Shown here piece after piece: positions 26,721 through 40,865 of a stretch of 64,000 nucleotides of DNA. The notes beneath the pieces were generated by a model that worked only from the letters and a program-made list of their open reading frames with translations, searched no databases and was not told where the DNA came from. The translations under genes were made by a program, and so were the position numbers. The first letter of the stretch is position 1. Every line of letters begins with the position of its first letter. The DNA is from Eledone cirrhosa. Lineage: Eukaryota. The DNA is taken from the NCBI GenBank assembly GCA_964016885.1, contig OZ024748.1, positions 13,826,001 to 13,890,000 of the forward strand. Reading direction: 5' to 3'.

Positions 26721-27556
26721 ATGTTGGTGGTGGTGATGGTGGTGGTTCTGGTAGTGATTATGTTTGTGATGTTGGTGGTGGTGATGGTGGGAGTCGTGGT
26801 GGGTATTGTCAAATATTCGTCCATAAATCTGTATAATTTCCCACTTCTCGTAGGGGGTTTCATAAGGGCGGCAACATTCTAATCATTGTCTCCTTAATGT
26901 TGAAGAAGGGAAGAATCCATACACGTGGACATGCGCGTTTTAGATATCATATTAAGGATCCGATGTCCTCTACGCTGTTAAGCAACAATTTCATGTTGGA
27001 AGAGCTAATCAAATAAAAATCAACATCGAAGTATTGCTTGTTGAACTGTTTCTTGGTCCTGGATGCTGTTATCAATTCTGAAGCTAACGGTATTTGATCT
27101 CATGCCGCCGGGAGATGTAGCTAGAGGTTGTTCCTGCTCTAATTAAATATGTAAAAGAAAGTATTTTCACATGCACTTACTCTAATACACACACATACAA
27201 ATATAAACCCAAATACATATCAACATACATACGCAGTTACATTCGCACATGCATACATATCCCCGAACTTTGTCCCCACTCCACTCTCAAGCGTGAACCT
27301 AATACCACACTGTTCGTACTGCACTCTTTGTTATTGTTTTTTACTTAAATATATATATATATATATATATATTGGTAAACGGAATAGAAAATGGTGACAA
27401 ATTGTTGACAGTGAAAAATAGTTTAATTAGGAATAAGTGATAGTATTGGTTAGTATTAAGTTTTGGTTTTAAGTTTTACCGGTTGCGCATTTCAAATGCT
27501 TTTCAAAAATAATTTTGAGATAGGGCGTCCGTGATGTTTGCTCTGATCGTATATAG

Positions 27557-27598
<42 letters not shown>

Positions 27599-28552
27599 CT
27601 TGATCACCTTGACCGACCAGTCTGTCGGGCGTCAATCGGCGCCGCTGGTCACGGCCCGTCGTGCTGTTTTAGCCATAAGATAACGCCATCCCACTGTATA
27701 TATATATAGTAAAGAGAAACTAACGCGGATATATAAGTATATTGTTCATATCACACGGAACAGAAACCGCCAGAATGTAGAAAATACTGGCTAAAATAGT
27801 ATGCTTCACATAACTCAATCAAAAGTATAAATTGAGATATATCAACCTACCCACATGTACGAACCTATCATGTATCCAGCCAGCTTACGGGTAGAACTGT
27901 TTCGCAAAATTCAGTGATGAGATTAACGGGTGCGATGCTTTTCAACCGTAACCTCTTCACTACTGAATTTCTTAGAAGATTAAATAACACATGTGTGTTA
28001 AGAGAGAAAGTACATGGTCATCGCGTGCAGGGCGGATCGGATAGAACGTAAGATTGCTAGAAAAATAGTAGATACAACCATTCGATATATTAAAAGCTCT
28101 ACAAACGCAAAGGAGCTCATTTATCAAAAATATTTATATTGAGTTAAAAACTCTCAATAGTGAGCTATAATCAAAAGAGCTCAAGAAAAAAAAATGTTCT
28201 TAACCATAAACACATACATACATTCGAAGTAATGCACTGGGTAATTGTTGGCCTTGTGCCTAAGGTAGAAACAGTTATTTAAATTCTAATGAAATACACT
28301 TATTCGTGGGGTTGGAAACCGCCTCTTTATCTATCTATATCTATGTTTCTTTCTTTCTCTCTCTTCGCTCTATATATAGGAGGAAAAAATATAACACCAC
28401 TGACGATGTTGCAGATGTGCAACGAAAGATTTATGTAAATTATGTAAACTATATATATGTGTTTGTGTCTATATTGTATCTGTATTATTTTTGACCGTCG
28501 GTCAGTCAATGGCAACATTGAGGACAGATTAAGTTAGATCGCAGATATAAAA

Positions 28553-28590
28553 GACAGCGAGAAGCGAAAACCAACCAAACAGTGAGTGTG
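28553..28590 (+). promoter_or_regulatory. Possible TATA box with Inr-like CAGT ~27 nt downstream
   Basis: GATATAAAAG..AAACAGTGAGT in locally non-repetitive sequence; motif only. Confidence 0.2.
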
Positions 28591-28670
28591 TTCTGTTATT
28601 AATTCTGGCAATATTACACAAATATGACCCTCCCCAAGTATAACCATATATATATATATATATATATATA

Positions 28671-28889
28671 TTTATTAAAATAACAGATTAAAGTTTAAGC
28701 AAAGAATCGCTGCTTTCACCCCTTAACGGGATCTTCTGAAACTAACAAAGTCAATCTGTAAACGCAGAAGTGGATATTTCAAAAAACGTTGCAACCGCAG
28801 GAAGACAGGAAGACGATACTTTGCTCTACGGTTCTTATATATTTGATATTTATTGATCATTATCGAGCCCTCTTTGGATTTTAGTCTTG
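28671..28889 (-). mobile_element. Family D, longest copy in the window
   Basis: Contains the internal blocks deleted in other copies; (TA)n on both sides. Confidence 0.8.
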
Positions 28890-28911
28890 TATATATATAG
28901 GTATGTATGTA

Positions 28912-28976
<65 letters not shown>

Positions 28977-29088
28977 ATATGTATAAATATAAATATATAT
29001 ATATATATATGTATATATATAAATATATATATATAAATAAATATATATATATATATATGTATATATATAAATATATATATATAAATAA

Positions 29089-29151
<63 letters not shown>

Positions 29152-29967
29152 AACATGCATACATAAATACGTACGTATGTATATACACGCGCATACATAC
29201 CGACAGGCAGACAGCCACCACTATCCAGCAGATGTAAAAAAACGAAATCTTCAAAAATATCACTATCACACATGCAAACACACACACATATACACTCACA
29301 CATACAACAAGCACACACATTCAAATAGACATACCTTATGCACACATATGACCCACACAATAGTCCATCAACAACTAACAAGGCCGCCCAAGCCAACAGA
29401 TGTAAAAAGCTACTTCTGTTTGTTCAACATAAAAACAAATCATGCATGACTTATTTTTCTGCTTGATTCATTAATTATATTGTTTGGTCTTCAATCTTAT
29501 ATCATTTTTTTAAAACATTCTTTAAAATTATTTATATTTTTTCTACAATTTTCATTGTATTTTTTTTTACATTTAATTTTTTTTTTCTAATTTTACAGGA
29601 TTTTTTTTAAAATTAACATTTTTTTTCTTCTAATTTTACTGGATTTTTTTTCCATTTCGAATTTCTTCTTATTATTTTTTAAATTTTGCGGTTTGTTTCT
29701 TGTAATTTTTTGTTAGTTTTTAGTTTTTTTAATGAATTTTTCTGTTGTGTGTATTGGAAATCTGGTGTTAAGAGTGAAGTTAACATTGTTGATAATAGAA
29801 CTGAAGACACGCTGTTTTCTTCAAGAGTGCTTACCTTTCCGGTTTATTATTAACTCTTGATAAATTCAGCTTCGTTTCGTTTCCTTGGTATTGTTTTTCT
29901 ATTGACTTCCGATCATCTCCTCCATCTTGCATCCCCTCTCACATTATATCTCTCACTTTATCCATCT

Positions 29968-30395
29968 CTCTCCCACAATCTATTCTTAACTTACTCTCAC
30001 TCACTCACTCTCTCTCTTTCTCTGTCTCCTACAACCTATTCTTCATTGGCTCTCTCTCTCTCACTCTCTCCGTGTTTCTCCATCTCTCCCACAACCTATT
30101 CCCGGCTTTCTCTAACCCCGCTCTCTCTCTCTCTTAACCTCTCTTTCTCTCCCTCTCCCAATCTATTCTTCCCTTACTCTCTCCCACAATCTATTCTTAA
30201 CTTACTCTCACTCACTCACTCTCTCTCTTTCTCTGTCTCCTACAACCTATTCTTCATTGGCTCTCTCTCTCTCACTCTCTCCGTGTTTCTCCATCTCTCC
30301 CACAACCTATTCCCGGCTTTCTCTAACCCCGCTCTCTCTCTCTCTTAACCTCTCTTTCTCTCCCTCTCCCAATCTATTCTTCCCTTACTCTCTCC
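29968..30395. repeat. Tandem duplication of a ~210-bp CT-rich unit
   Basis: CTCCCACAATCTATTCTTAACTTACTCTCAC.. recurs at ~29969 and 30181 with near identity. Confidence 0.9.
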
Positions 30396-30825
30396 CACTT
30401 CTATTCTTCATTTAAAGTCTCTCCTTCTCACTCTTTGCCTCGATCCCACAACTGAGGATTCAATCGTCCTACAATGTAATGCATTATATATGTTGTATGA
30501 AGATACCTATCCTACAGGTTAGACTATTTAGCTGACAATCGTAAAGTCGCTTGTTCGATTATATATAGCGTGGAAGTCTCCTTAACTAAAACTCTCTATT
30601 TTACGTTGCTCCATTCGACTCCCAAGGAAATAAAAATGAGTTGCGCCAGAGATTCAAATAATGAACCTCATCATTCACTCTGACAGGCTCTGAATCTCGG
30701 TAACAAACAGACTTAAGATAAACTTGTCTGTAGAATACAGTGAGAGGAGTTAGAGCTATTGCGTGTTAAATTCGTACAATCTGCTTTTATTATGATGTGT
30801 CTGTGTATATATATATATATATATA

Positions 30826-30990
30826 ATTGTTTCTACGTTTGGCACAAGGCCAGCAATTACCCAGTGCATTACTGGTACTTTATGTTATCGACCCCGTAAG
30901 GATGAAAGGCAAACTTAACCTCGGCGGGATTTGAACTCAGAATGGCAAGGGACGTAAATCTATGCGTCAAAGCATGGCGTCCGACCCTTT
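30826..30990 (-). mobile_element. Nin-SINE copy
   Basis: Family consensus. Confidence 0.88.
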
Positions 30991-31234
30991 GTCTAATTGA
31001 CTCTCGAAAAGGCAAGAGCTCAGCCTTCGGCAACGATTCTTTCTAACACCCCCACCGGCATATATATATATATATATACACTTATAAATCTGCGTAAGTA
31101 TGTATTTACGTATAAATATGTATACATACATATACATATGTATATATATATACCCCCCCCCACTCGCACACAGATATATGTATATACTTATAGATCAATC
31201 TATGTATTCATGTATTTATAAATACGTATACATA

Positions 31235-31318
<84 letters not shown>

Positions 31319-31368
31319 GAGGTAATATTTTCCGTGTATGTCAATATTTATTTATAAAACAAATCTGC

Positions 31369-31432
31369 ATTTTATCTGATGAAAGCGCACCATAATTTGC
31401 CTTGGTTGCCCTTGAAATATATATAATAAAAT
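31369..31432 (+). ncRNA. Type I hammerhead ribozyme motif, apparently complete
   Basis: Stem I AUUUUAU/AUAAAAU, CUGAUGA (31376-31382), stem II AAGcGCACCA/UGGuUGCcCUU, GAAA, palindromic UAUAUA, AUA cleavage triplet ending at 31425. Confidence 0.7.
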
Positions 31433-31489
31433 AAATATGGTTTTATAAATATACTTTCCATGTATTAATATATTGTATATACAGTATAT

Positions 31490-31645
31490 ATACGCCATGC
31501 TTTCTAGCATAGTTACGTCCCTTTACAGTCTGAGTTCAAATCCCGGCCAGGTTAACTTTGCCTTTCATCCTTATGGGGTCGATAAAATAAAGTACCAGTA
31601 ATGTACTGGGTATTTGCTGGCCTTGTGCCTAAAGTAGAAACAATT
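31490..31645 (+). mobile_element. Nin-SINE copy
   Basis: Family consensus, 5'-truncated. Confidence 0.88.
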
Positions 31646-31664
31646 AATATATTGTATATATATA

Positions 31665-31698
<34 letters not shown>

Positions 31699-31727
31699 TA
31701 CATACACACTCATACATACACACACAC

Positions 31728-31773
<46 letters not shown>

Positions 31774-31877
31774 ATAATAATAAATTTGAAGACTAAAGGA
31801 TAAATATATATCGAATATATAAGAACTGTAGAGCAGCGATTCTTTGCTTAAACTTTAATCTGTTATTTTAATAAATA

Positions 31878-31946
<69 letters not shown>

Positions 31947-32385
31947 TATATGTATGTCTATATATATACGTACATACATGTGTCGATACATTTTGTTATG
32001 CTTTAATGCATTGATCCAAGCAGAAAAACAACGGTAGTATTACATGTGTTAATGTTATAACGAACATCAATAAAACAGTAAAGCATTAGATATTAGACGT
32101 TTAATCAATACGCTAGATAACAACACTGTATGACGAGGATTGTTGCTGTGTTAAGTAAATCAGTGAAGAAGTGAGGCAGTGTGGTAATGAGGGAGTGAGA
32201 GAAGTGGGAGGAGTGAGGTAGTGAGAGGAGTTAGAGCTAGTGTGCTGCTTCGACGGGTACAAGGGACGTAACTCTAACCTGCCAACGATAGCGCCAGTCG
32301 TTTTTGCGCGTTATCTGTATATCTTGTGTATATTACCGTTTGTCCGTGCGTGTGTGTGTGTATATATATATTAGACACACACATA

Positions 32386-32432
<47 letters not shown>

Positions 32433-32435
32433 GTG

Positions 32436-32517
<82 letters not shown>

Positions 32518-32624
32518 TATATACATATATATATATATTTAAATACATGCATATATATATTTACATATATATATATATATATATATTGGATTTTAGTCTC
32601 AAATTTATTATTATTACTATATAT

Positions 32625-32655
<31 letters not shown>

Positions 32656-33244
32656 AATTCTTGAGAAAATCAAGTCGTTTTCTATTTATGATGTTTTGTG
32701 TACGAAATAAACTAATATTTATTAAACGGATATAAATTAATATTTCAAAGAAAACAGATCAATTAATTGTAAAATGTAATAATTCAATTTTTATTTAAGT
32801 CTCATAACAAAGGTTAAATCATGGCCGTCTTACAAACTGGTGCCTCTTTGTCTCAGCAATAATTTTAATAATCCTACGCATTTCCATAAAACTTGATGCA
32901 GTTTTTAGCCCTAGGTCAGCTGTATATATATGGTCACAACAGTGCCAAACGTGATTGTTCTGTCTTTATTGCTGACATAGAGTAGTTACAGTTATATTAA
33001 TAACTTTGATAGGTTTCGGCCAGTATTGGTTTCAGGCATGTCTAACTTAGTAGCACCACTTGGCAAATAACACCACCTGGAGTCACTAATATTTCTTTAT
33101 ATAACATATTGTTATTCTTTTAAGAGTTTTTATTTTATTTTGGTTGAGATTTGGCTGCTGCTAATAGCCACTACTCCCGCATCAGGATGTATACTAATGG
33201 CTTATCAAAATTTATAAAAAAATTCTAAAGTCTGTCTTAAGCCA

Positions 33245-33500
33245 AAAGGCTCGTTTGGCCGATACTTATCCCGGTTTCATGGCGTGAAGCGACTGATAGT
33301 ACAAGATTCCCCACTGGACAGGATGCCAGTCCATCGCACAGTTAACCCCCCAGCTATTGCTGATACTCATTTTCAGCTGAGTATACTGGAGCAACGGGAA
33401 ATGAAGTGTTTTGCTCTAGAACACAACACGCATCCCAGGAATCGAACTCACGTCATTATGACCGTAAGTCCAACACTCTTACCACTAGGCCACGTCCCGC
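33245..33500 (-). mobile_element. Full-length tRNA/CORE-type SINE with Meta-like central domain
   Basis: Minus strand GTGGCCTAGTGG..GAGTTCGATTCC..CAGCTGAAAATGAGTA..GATGGACTGGCATCCTGTCCAG..GAAACCGGGATAAG. Confidence 0.8.
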
Positions 33501-33619
33501 CACACATCAACATTTATATTTTATTGGTATCCATCGTAATATGGTGGTATATCCATCGTACTGCCTTCTTGGTAATCATAGTCGGTGAGAATATCTATAA
33601 CAAAAGCTATAGATGATTG

Positions 33620-33920
33620 CTACACGCAAACACTAAGACGGATAAAATATATCAAAAACTCTTAACCGTGATACGAACAATTCTAAGGGAAATTCCCGCC
33701 CATTAGCCACATAATCCGTACCAGGCGTCTTCAACTTGCAGGTCATGTCATGAGAACCAGCTCACCTGCTACAAAACCTTTAATATGGGAGCCCACTCAA
33801 GAGAAACAGAAACGTGCAAAACCTCTCAAGGTAATAAACAGTATCGTTGGGGAAGATACAGAATTGCCTGGTGTGAAGAAGTGAGCTAGTTAATGCACGA
33901 GCGTCCTAAATGAAAAGGTT
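33620..33920 (+). mobile_element. RTE-type LINE ORF C-terminal remnant
   Basis: Frameshifted ..PISHIIRTRRLQLAGHVMR..LIWEPT..EDTELPG.. (RRLxxAGHxxR motif). Confidence 0.7.
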
Positions 33921-34824
33921 TTATCATATCACCACAAAGATGTGGATGAATTTAGGAGTAGTAGTTAGTTAAATTTTGAAAGAAAGATGATATCTGCAAA
34001 TGAAGAAATCAATTAAGGAAACCTCTACTGGTTTTTATCTATTTATTACCTAAAATGTCCGTTTGTATAGCTACACTTTCGCTTCATTCGAGAGTGTTAT
34101 CCTATTCTGCTTCTCATTTAAAGTATATTGCTTTATTTGTTCGACATCATACCCAGATCATCTTTAAAATTATTATATTATAGCCACTTAGCGAGCCTCA
34201 ATGTTGTTGATCAAACCTACCATAAATAGAAGACATAGCTTCTCCCAATATCAAACCAGTGTCTTAATAATTGAGGTACATATCACAGAAAATGAAGGTA
34301 GATACACAGAAGGGTTGAAATAACATTTAGCACAGGGGATCAATCAGATCTCCCATATAGCTTAATTACGGCGCACTGGGGGCTTACTTGGGTCTCAATC
34401 AGGAATCACCTTCGCTAAACAATAACAACGACAACGAAAAAAAACACGCATAAATATTGATAATAACCAATTATGTATATTTATCCGACATCTAAAACGG
34501 ACCTAAAACACTTAAATATATAGAACTATAGCTAGTATTTTGCCACATATTGCGTGTACATGTGGTTTGAATTTAATGGTTAAAACGAAAAGTTAATAGA
34601 TAAACTGAACAAAAACATAAATATGGAAAATAAAACTATATTCATACGTTTTAAATTAGAGTGGAAACTAGTTTTATCTGGAGGTCATATAAATATTCAT
34701 TATATAACACTTGTCAATATTGATTCAGTGAGTGCCACTGGCCACGTAACGACACTTTCACACTTTATACGCGGTGAAGATGTTTTATCTTTTCTTTAGA
34801 TTGTGCCAGATAATAATGTAACAG

Positions 34825-34946
34825 ACACAGAACTAAATACTTGGTGGTTCAAATCCTATCAGCGGAACAGCATTTATTTCAAGAAGAAAATATCAAATTT
34901 TAGAATTACATATAGCAGAAGTTCAAGCAGGACTACAGCAGGATAA
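34825..34946 (+). CDS. Candidate terminal exon ((D)TELNTWWFKSYQRNSIYFKKKISNFRITYSRSSSRTTAG*)
   Basis: TAACAG|AC is conserved in both arms of the inverted duplication; open frame; weak polypyrimidine tract. Confidence 0.2.
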
Positions 34947-35539
34947 GGTCTTTCATACATAGATCCTCTGTCATTGAAATTTCCAAGACGAAAATTATTT
35001 GGACGTCAGTCCTCCATATATATACATATTTTCAGTGTATATATATATATGTGTGTGTATCAGGATTAAATCAGTATCAAAAGAGTTAAACCATTATTCA
35101 ACAGGCTACTCAATACTTAGGATAGTAGACGGTGACTTTACTGTATGTATGTATATATACGTATATATGATGCGCAAAGAGTGAAAAGGACGTTTGAAAA
35201 ATATATGCTTTGATTATGTACCAAAGATCCTGCAGTATCGTTAGAATGTCGGATAGAATACTCCAAATACTTCATGGAATTCCTTCCTTATCTTTAGAGA
35301 GGTCAAAATCCTCTTTTACCTATTAAAGATCCATAAAGTACCACCTAACTACTTATCCCGATACTACCTATATATCTCTTTCTCGCCTCCTCCTCGCTCT
35401 CTCTTTCTCTCCCTCTCGGTTTCTGGAAGAATTCGGCTGTGGTGAGACATGTAGTAGGATGGGGCCCGATAGGTCTATATGCACACGTCAGGTTCTATAT
35501 CACTACAGCACGCATACGCCTCAATCTGAAGATAATGAC

Positions 35540-35613
35540 TCACCCATGGCATGATGTACCAAATGCCGTTCCAAGTGACACGATACGAGCCGCTCTGTGT
35601 TTTGTCTTATTGT
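35540..35613 (-). CDS. Candidate terminal exon ((D)NKTKHRAARIVSLGTAFGTSCHG*)
   Basis: Acceptor ATTTTTATAACAG|AC; RAAR motif and terminal Gly; frame differs from the 34825 paralog by 2 nt. Confidence 0.25.
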
Positions 35614-37037
35614 CTGTTATAAAAATGTGTGAAACATCTCCGTTGTTTAAATTAGAATTTAAACACCAAACCATCAGGAAGAATAAATAAATTTAAAAAA
35701 AATCAAAATATTTTCACCACGCATGAGTGTGAATGTGTGGTTACATGGCCAGTGGCATTCAGTAAATGAAAATTGACAAGTGTTATATCATGAATATTTA
35801 TATGACCTCAAGATAAAACTACTTCCATTCTAATTTAAAACGTATGAATATATTTTTATTTTCGTATTTTATGTTATATTTTGTTGTTGTTATTTTCTTT
35901 ACTATTTTCTGGTTTCTGTCTTCAAAGTAGAACCACACTCACAACTACATAAATTAAACTATAAAGTGTCCTTCCTGGCTATAGTTCTATCTAGTTTAAT
36001 GTATGAGGTTCGTTTTAGATAAATGACTGAAGAAAAATTGTCAATTGATAAAGCAGAAATAGTAGTAGGTGAACTTATTGTTGTACTAGTTGATGTGTAG
36101 CCAAGGTAAGCACTGATTGAGCAAACCTATGACAAAAGAATCTCCACGTTTGTCCATTTTGCCGGCCTATATTCAGTATATCACGGACTACACATCAAAA
36201 TATGTCAGCAGGCTACTGTTTGCGCTGAGAATAATCCGTCTTATGTCCTTACGTATTCATAGAGTAGTATTAAATTTAAGAGAAATTTGGCTGTAAATAG
36301 CTGACTAAGGGGTGACTTGGTGTTACAGGAAACGAAATACACACACACACACATATATATGTATATACTATAAAGTATGTCCATAGAATCATTTGATAAT
36401 ATATATACACCATTTCCTCTCCCAATTAGCATAATCAACCACACACAAAACCAATTAAACCAGGCTATAAGATTAAAAGGCATCCATGAAGAAATAGTGG
36501 ATAAATAAACGACAGCCATCTATTCGCGGTCAACCGCCATAGAATATATACCCAACATTTCAATAGCACGTGGAAATCGATTAAATATACCGTCAACCAT
36601 ACACAATTAGGTATAAAATTAAAGTTAGAAGAAAAAATGCATATACACATACCAGGATTACGTTTCTACTCTTAGGGCCCCGTTCGCTTTCGGAAATATC
36701 CTATCAAGGATAAATTCTCGAGCTGCAAAATCGTCAGGAAACAAACTGACTTGGACAAAGAATTTTCCTATATATATATATGTATATATGTGTATGGTAG
36801 ACAGAAATACCAGCACAAACGGTACACTATATGGAAGGAATATATTAGTTTAACTATCGTGTATATGTAACCGTACTATCGTACTTTTACGAAGTGCTGA
36901 GGGGATAAATTTCTTATAATGAGTGGTGCCATTATATATATATTTTTAGTATATGTTGGTTGTATACCAACACATCAGTATGCAGATTGGAACACTCGAA
37001 GAAGTGCGCAAGTTGGTTTGGTTACTTCGGAGTAATG

Positions 37038-37199
37038 TAAAATAAACTAAAATAAATAAGTAAAATGTTTAAAATTTGGCTTCGTTAATTACTGCTATAT
37101 ATATTTCGGTGACAGCCATCTTTAGCTGTCACCGAAATAAATATAGCAGTAATAAACGAAGTCAAATTTTAAACATTTGACTTATTTATTTTAGTTTAT

Positions 37200-37203
<4 letters not shown>
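37038..37203. repeat. Fold-back palindrome with ~79-bp arms and 8-nt loop, next to (TA)n
   Basis: ..TTTCGGTGACAGC-CATCTTTA-GCTGTCACCGAAA..; few mismatches. Confidence 0.92.
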
Positions 37204-37282
<79 letters not shown>

Positions 37283-37547
37283 CGGATCTAGCTGTTAAAA
37301 TCGCCGGCACTCAGCCGTCGGTGTCCCGACTCTTTTCATATATACATATATATATATATTTATACGCATATAGGAAAACCTATATATGTGAGAAATAATC
37401 TTAGCAGTCCTGTTGCAGATTTCGTGCTACTTATTTTCTGGTTGGCCCAGGGATCAAAACTAAGTAGATGGATTTAATATATGTACATATACATACGTAT
37501 GCATACACACACATATGCATACGTATGCACACACACACACACACACG

Positions 37548-37656
<109 letters not shown>

Positions 37657-38018
37657 TGGGTGTATGTTTGTGTGTATGCTTGCGTTTGTGTGTGTGAATG
37701 GTTGATGTGTGGCTGATTAAAACAGTAACTTATCAGTTACGGTCTAGAGTGAATATATAATTTACATATATGCTATCTATACTGTAATTACGACTAACAA
37801 TACAGAGTGTTGCTGGTCTCAAACCGAATCGAGAAGTTAAACAAATGTCTATGAACTAAAGTAGTACTCCCGAGTGTTTGGATAAGTGAATGCTGCTTAT
37901 TAAGTAGCGTGTACCTTTAATCAATTTAGTTGGCGGGCTTGAAATTAACCATAGTTTACGGACAAGAAGCAGAAAATCAACAGGATCGATTAATGTTAAT
38001 AATATTTTCTTCTAACAG

Positions 38019-38116
38019 CATGTGAATGTCTGACGAAAGAATTGGGAGAATATCCGCTAATTCATTGGTATATGTGTTGTGTTGATAAATTAGTGGAGAT
38101 GGATTCACTAATGTAG
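38019..38116 (+). CDS. Candidate terminal exon (xCECLTKELGEYPLIHWYMCCVDKLVEMDSLM*)
   Basis: Acceptor TTTTCTTCTAACAG, phase 1, 4 Cys; no paralog seen. Confidence 0.22.
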
Positions 38117-38606
38117 TAATATGTGATGTTGATTGGAAAAGACATTGAAACGAAGCCGAGGTCAAATGTATATATAGTTAGTGACAGATTTCAATGTAGG
38201 CGAGTTATAGCAACTACTAACGTAATGTTTAATTAAACTTCTACGAGAAGAAAATAAACAATAAGAAAAAGAATGTGTAATTGAAATATTGCTTGTATAG
38301 ATGCAAAGGTTCCAATCTTGTCTGGTAATTATCTTCCCAAGAATCAATTTACGTTTGATTATAAGTAAATTACATTTGGGAGACTTAAATAAAGATTTCT
38401 TCATTGTAATAGACTTATTAAGTTTGTGCGAAGTATAGCAAGCACCACAATCGATAGAACTAACAGGCTGTTCGTCTGTTTTCTGTCAATGAATCATAGT
38501 ATCTCTTCATGGGCCTGAGGGCGCTTTCATATCTAAGACTCGTAACTGTAAAAATAGTTTAGGAGTATGTGTTTACATCTACTATTATTAATGTTAACCA
38601 CACACG

Positions 38607-38947
<341 letters not shown>

Positions 38948-39215
38948 GTGTGCGTGCGTATGTGTGTATAAATATTATATTGTATGAAATACATGGCGAA
39001 CTAACATGTAGCTTCTCAGGTTATAGAGTTTCTCGAAGGAAGTTTGATCTTTCATTAGTAATTACAACCACACTCAGGCAACAATATGTATGTATGTATG
39101 TATGCGTCTATGTATGTATGGCTTTGTGCAGTGCATTTGCTCACATTAAAAGCTCCACGGCACAGGCATTGCTTTATATCTGGAGATCTCTCTGCACTTG
39201 TCGTCACATGGTACC

Positions 39216-39405
39216 ATGGGCCAAGCACTATGTGACAATAATTGTTACAGGTGTAGTGTTTGTACCAGAGTTTTCAAGTCGCTGGCTGGACTAAAAAGTC
39301 ACACTTGTTCAGCGCATCGGTAGGGGTTCTCCTACATGGATAAAAAGTAGTGGCCGTACTCGAAAACGAGTTGGCAGCCACCATGTATGTATGTATGTAT
39401 GTATG
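39216..39405 (+). mobile_element. RTE-type LINE 3' end with (TATG)n tail
   Basis: CYRCSVCTRVFKSLAGLKSH C2H2-like terminus followed by GTACTCGAAAACGAGTTGGCAGCCACCATG(TATG)n. Confidence 0.7.
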
Positions 39406-40019
39406 TGTATGTGTGGGTGTGTGTGTGTGTGTGTGTGTAAAGTTTGTGGTGCGGAGACCGGGGAGATCAAGCATCGTGGTAGTTATCTATGCTTGGGAAG
39501 AAGAGTGGTTATAGTGGAAGCTAAAGACAGACCGAGAGGGAGGACTAGCGGTTCCATATTCTATTCAGTAGACTTCGTGGTCATGGCTTTACCTTCCTTT
39601 ATCTCTCTCCCTCCATCTTTCTATCACTTTCGTCCTCTCTCTTTCACTATATATATACCAATGTCTACACACACATTCATGCATACATAAATACATAAAT
39701 AAATCCATACATACAACCACATGTACATAAATATATAAATACATACATAAATACATTCATCCATACATACATCCACACATGTATACATACACATATACAT
39801 AGATACACTCATACACACATACACCCATACATACATATATAGAAGGTCGAGAGTCATCATTATTAGGTTCGTTCTATGTGTGTTATAACGACAATATAAT
39901 AATGAAAATCTAACAAATTATATAGAATTAATTAGCTTAATCGAATAACATTTGAATTGTCTAGATCAATGGATATACTTCATATAATGTAGTTAATTCG
40001 AAGCTACCATTAATCACAA

Positions 40020-40109
40020 CGTATATATATATGTGTGTGTGTTTGTGTGTGTGTATATATATATATATGTATACATATATGTGCATATATGTGTGTATAT
40101 ATATATATG

Positions 40110-40145
<36 letters not shown>

Positions 40146-40259
40146 TGTGTGTATATATATGTGTGTGTATGTATCTATATGTGTGTGTGTCTGTTTGTGT
40201 GTGTATATATATGAGTGTATATATATATATGTGTGTGTGTATATGTGTGTGTGTATATA

Positions 40260-40310
<51 letters not shown>

Positions 40311-40349
40311 ATATATATATGTGCATATACGTGTGTATATATATATATG

Positions 40350-40401
<52 letters not shown>

Positions 40402-40464
40402 TGTGTGTATATATATGTGTGTGTATGTATCTATATGTGTGTGTGTCTGTGTGTATATATATGA

Positions 40465-40515
<51 letters not shown>

Positions 40516-40600
40516 CATATATATATATCTATATTATATATATATATATGTGTGTGTGTGAGTCTGTATATATATATGTGTGTGTGTGTGTGTGAGAGAG
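40020..40600. repeat. Compound (TA)n/(TG)n microsatellite with internal higher-order duplication
   Basis: Directly visible. Confidence 0.95.
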
Positions 40601-40865
40601 AGAGTGTGTGTTTGGCTGCGTTGTATGCATACCTTAAGGCTATTTGGCAACAAGTCATTGCTCCGGTAAGACATTTATCAGCTCTTTACTTTACTTTTCT
40701 TGTCTGTTCTATTCTTATTTTTCTCCTTTTTTTTCTGGCTATTACGGTCAGTGCAATAGTCGTTTGTATTGTTTTGTAATTAGAAACTATTAGCCAATGA
40801 TTTTCTTATTCTGATGAAACAATGATGTTTGTTGATTTCTCAGCAGTTTTTATTGAACTGTTCAG

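Larger units (their letters stand above)
34485..36020. repeat. Local inverted segmental duplication (34485-34880 vs 35555-36020)
   Basis: TATTCATACGTTTTAAATTAGA..GAGGTCATATAAATATTCA..ACTTGTCAAT..GCCACTGGCCA is reverse-complemented at 35740-35870. Confidence 0.85.

Noticed and set aside
36241-36519. Hydrophobic minus-strand ORF (MPFNLIAWFNWFCVWLIMLIG..) as a signal exon for 35613
   Set aside because: No convincing splice donor, and the ORF runs into a microsatellite; cannot be supported
40665-40779. Transmembrane-like stretch LYFTFLVCSILIFLLFFLAITVSA
   Set aside because: T-rich sequence homologous to the presumed intron at ~13250; no start codon
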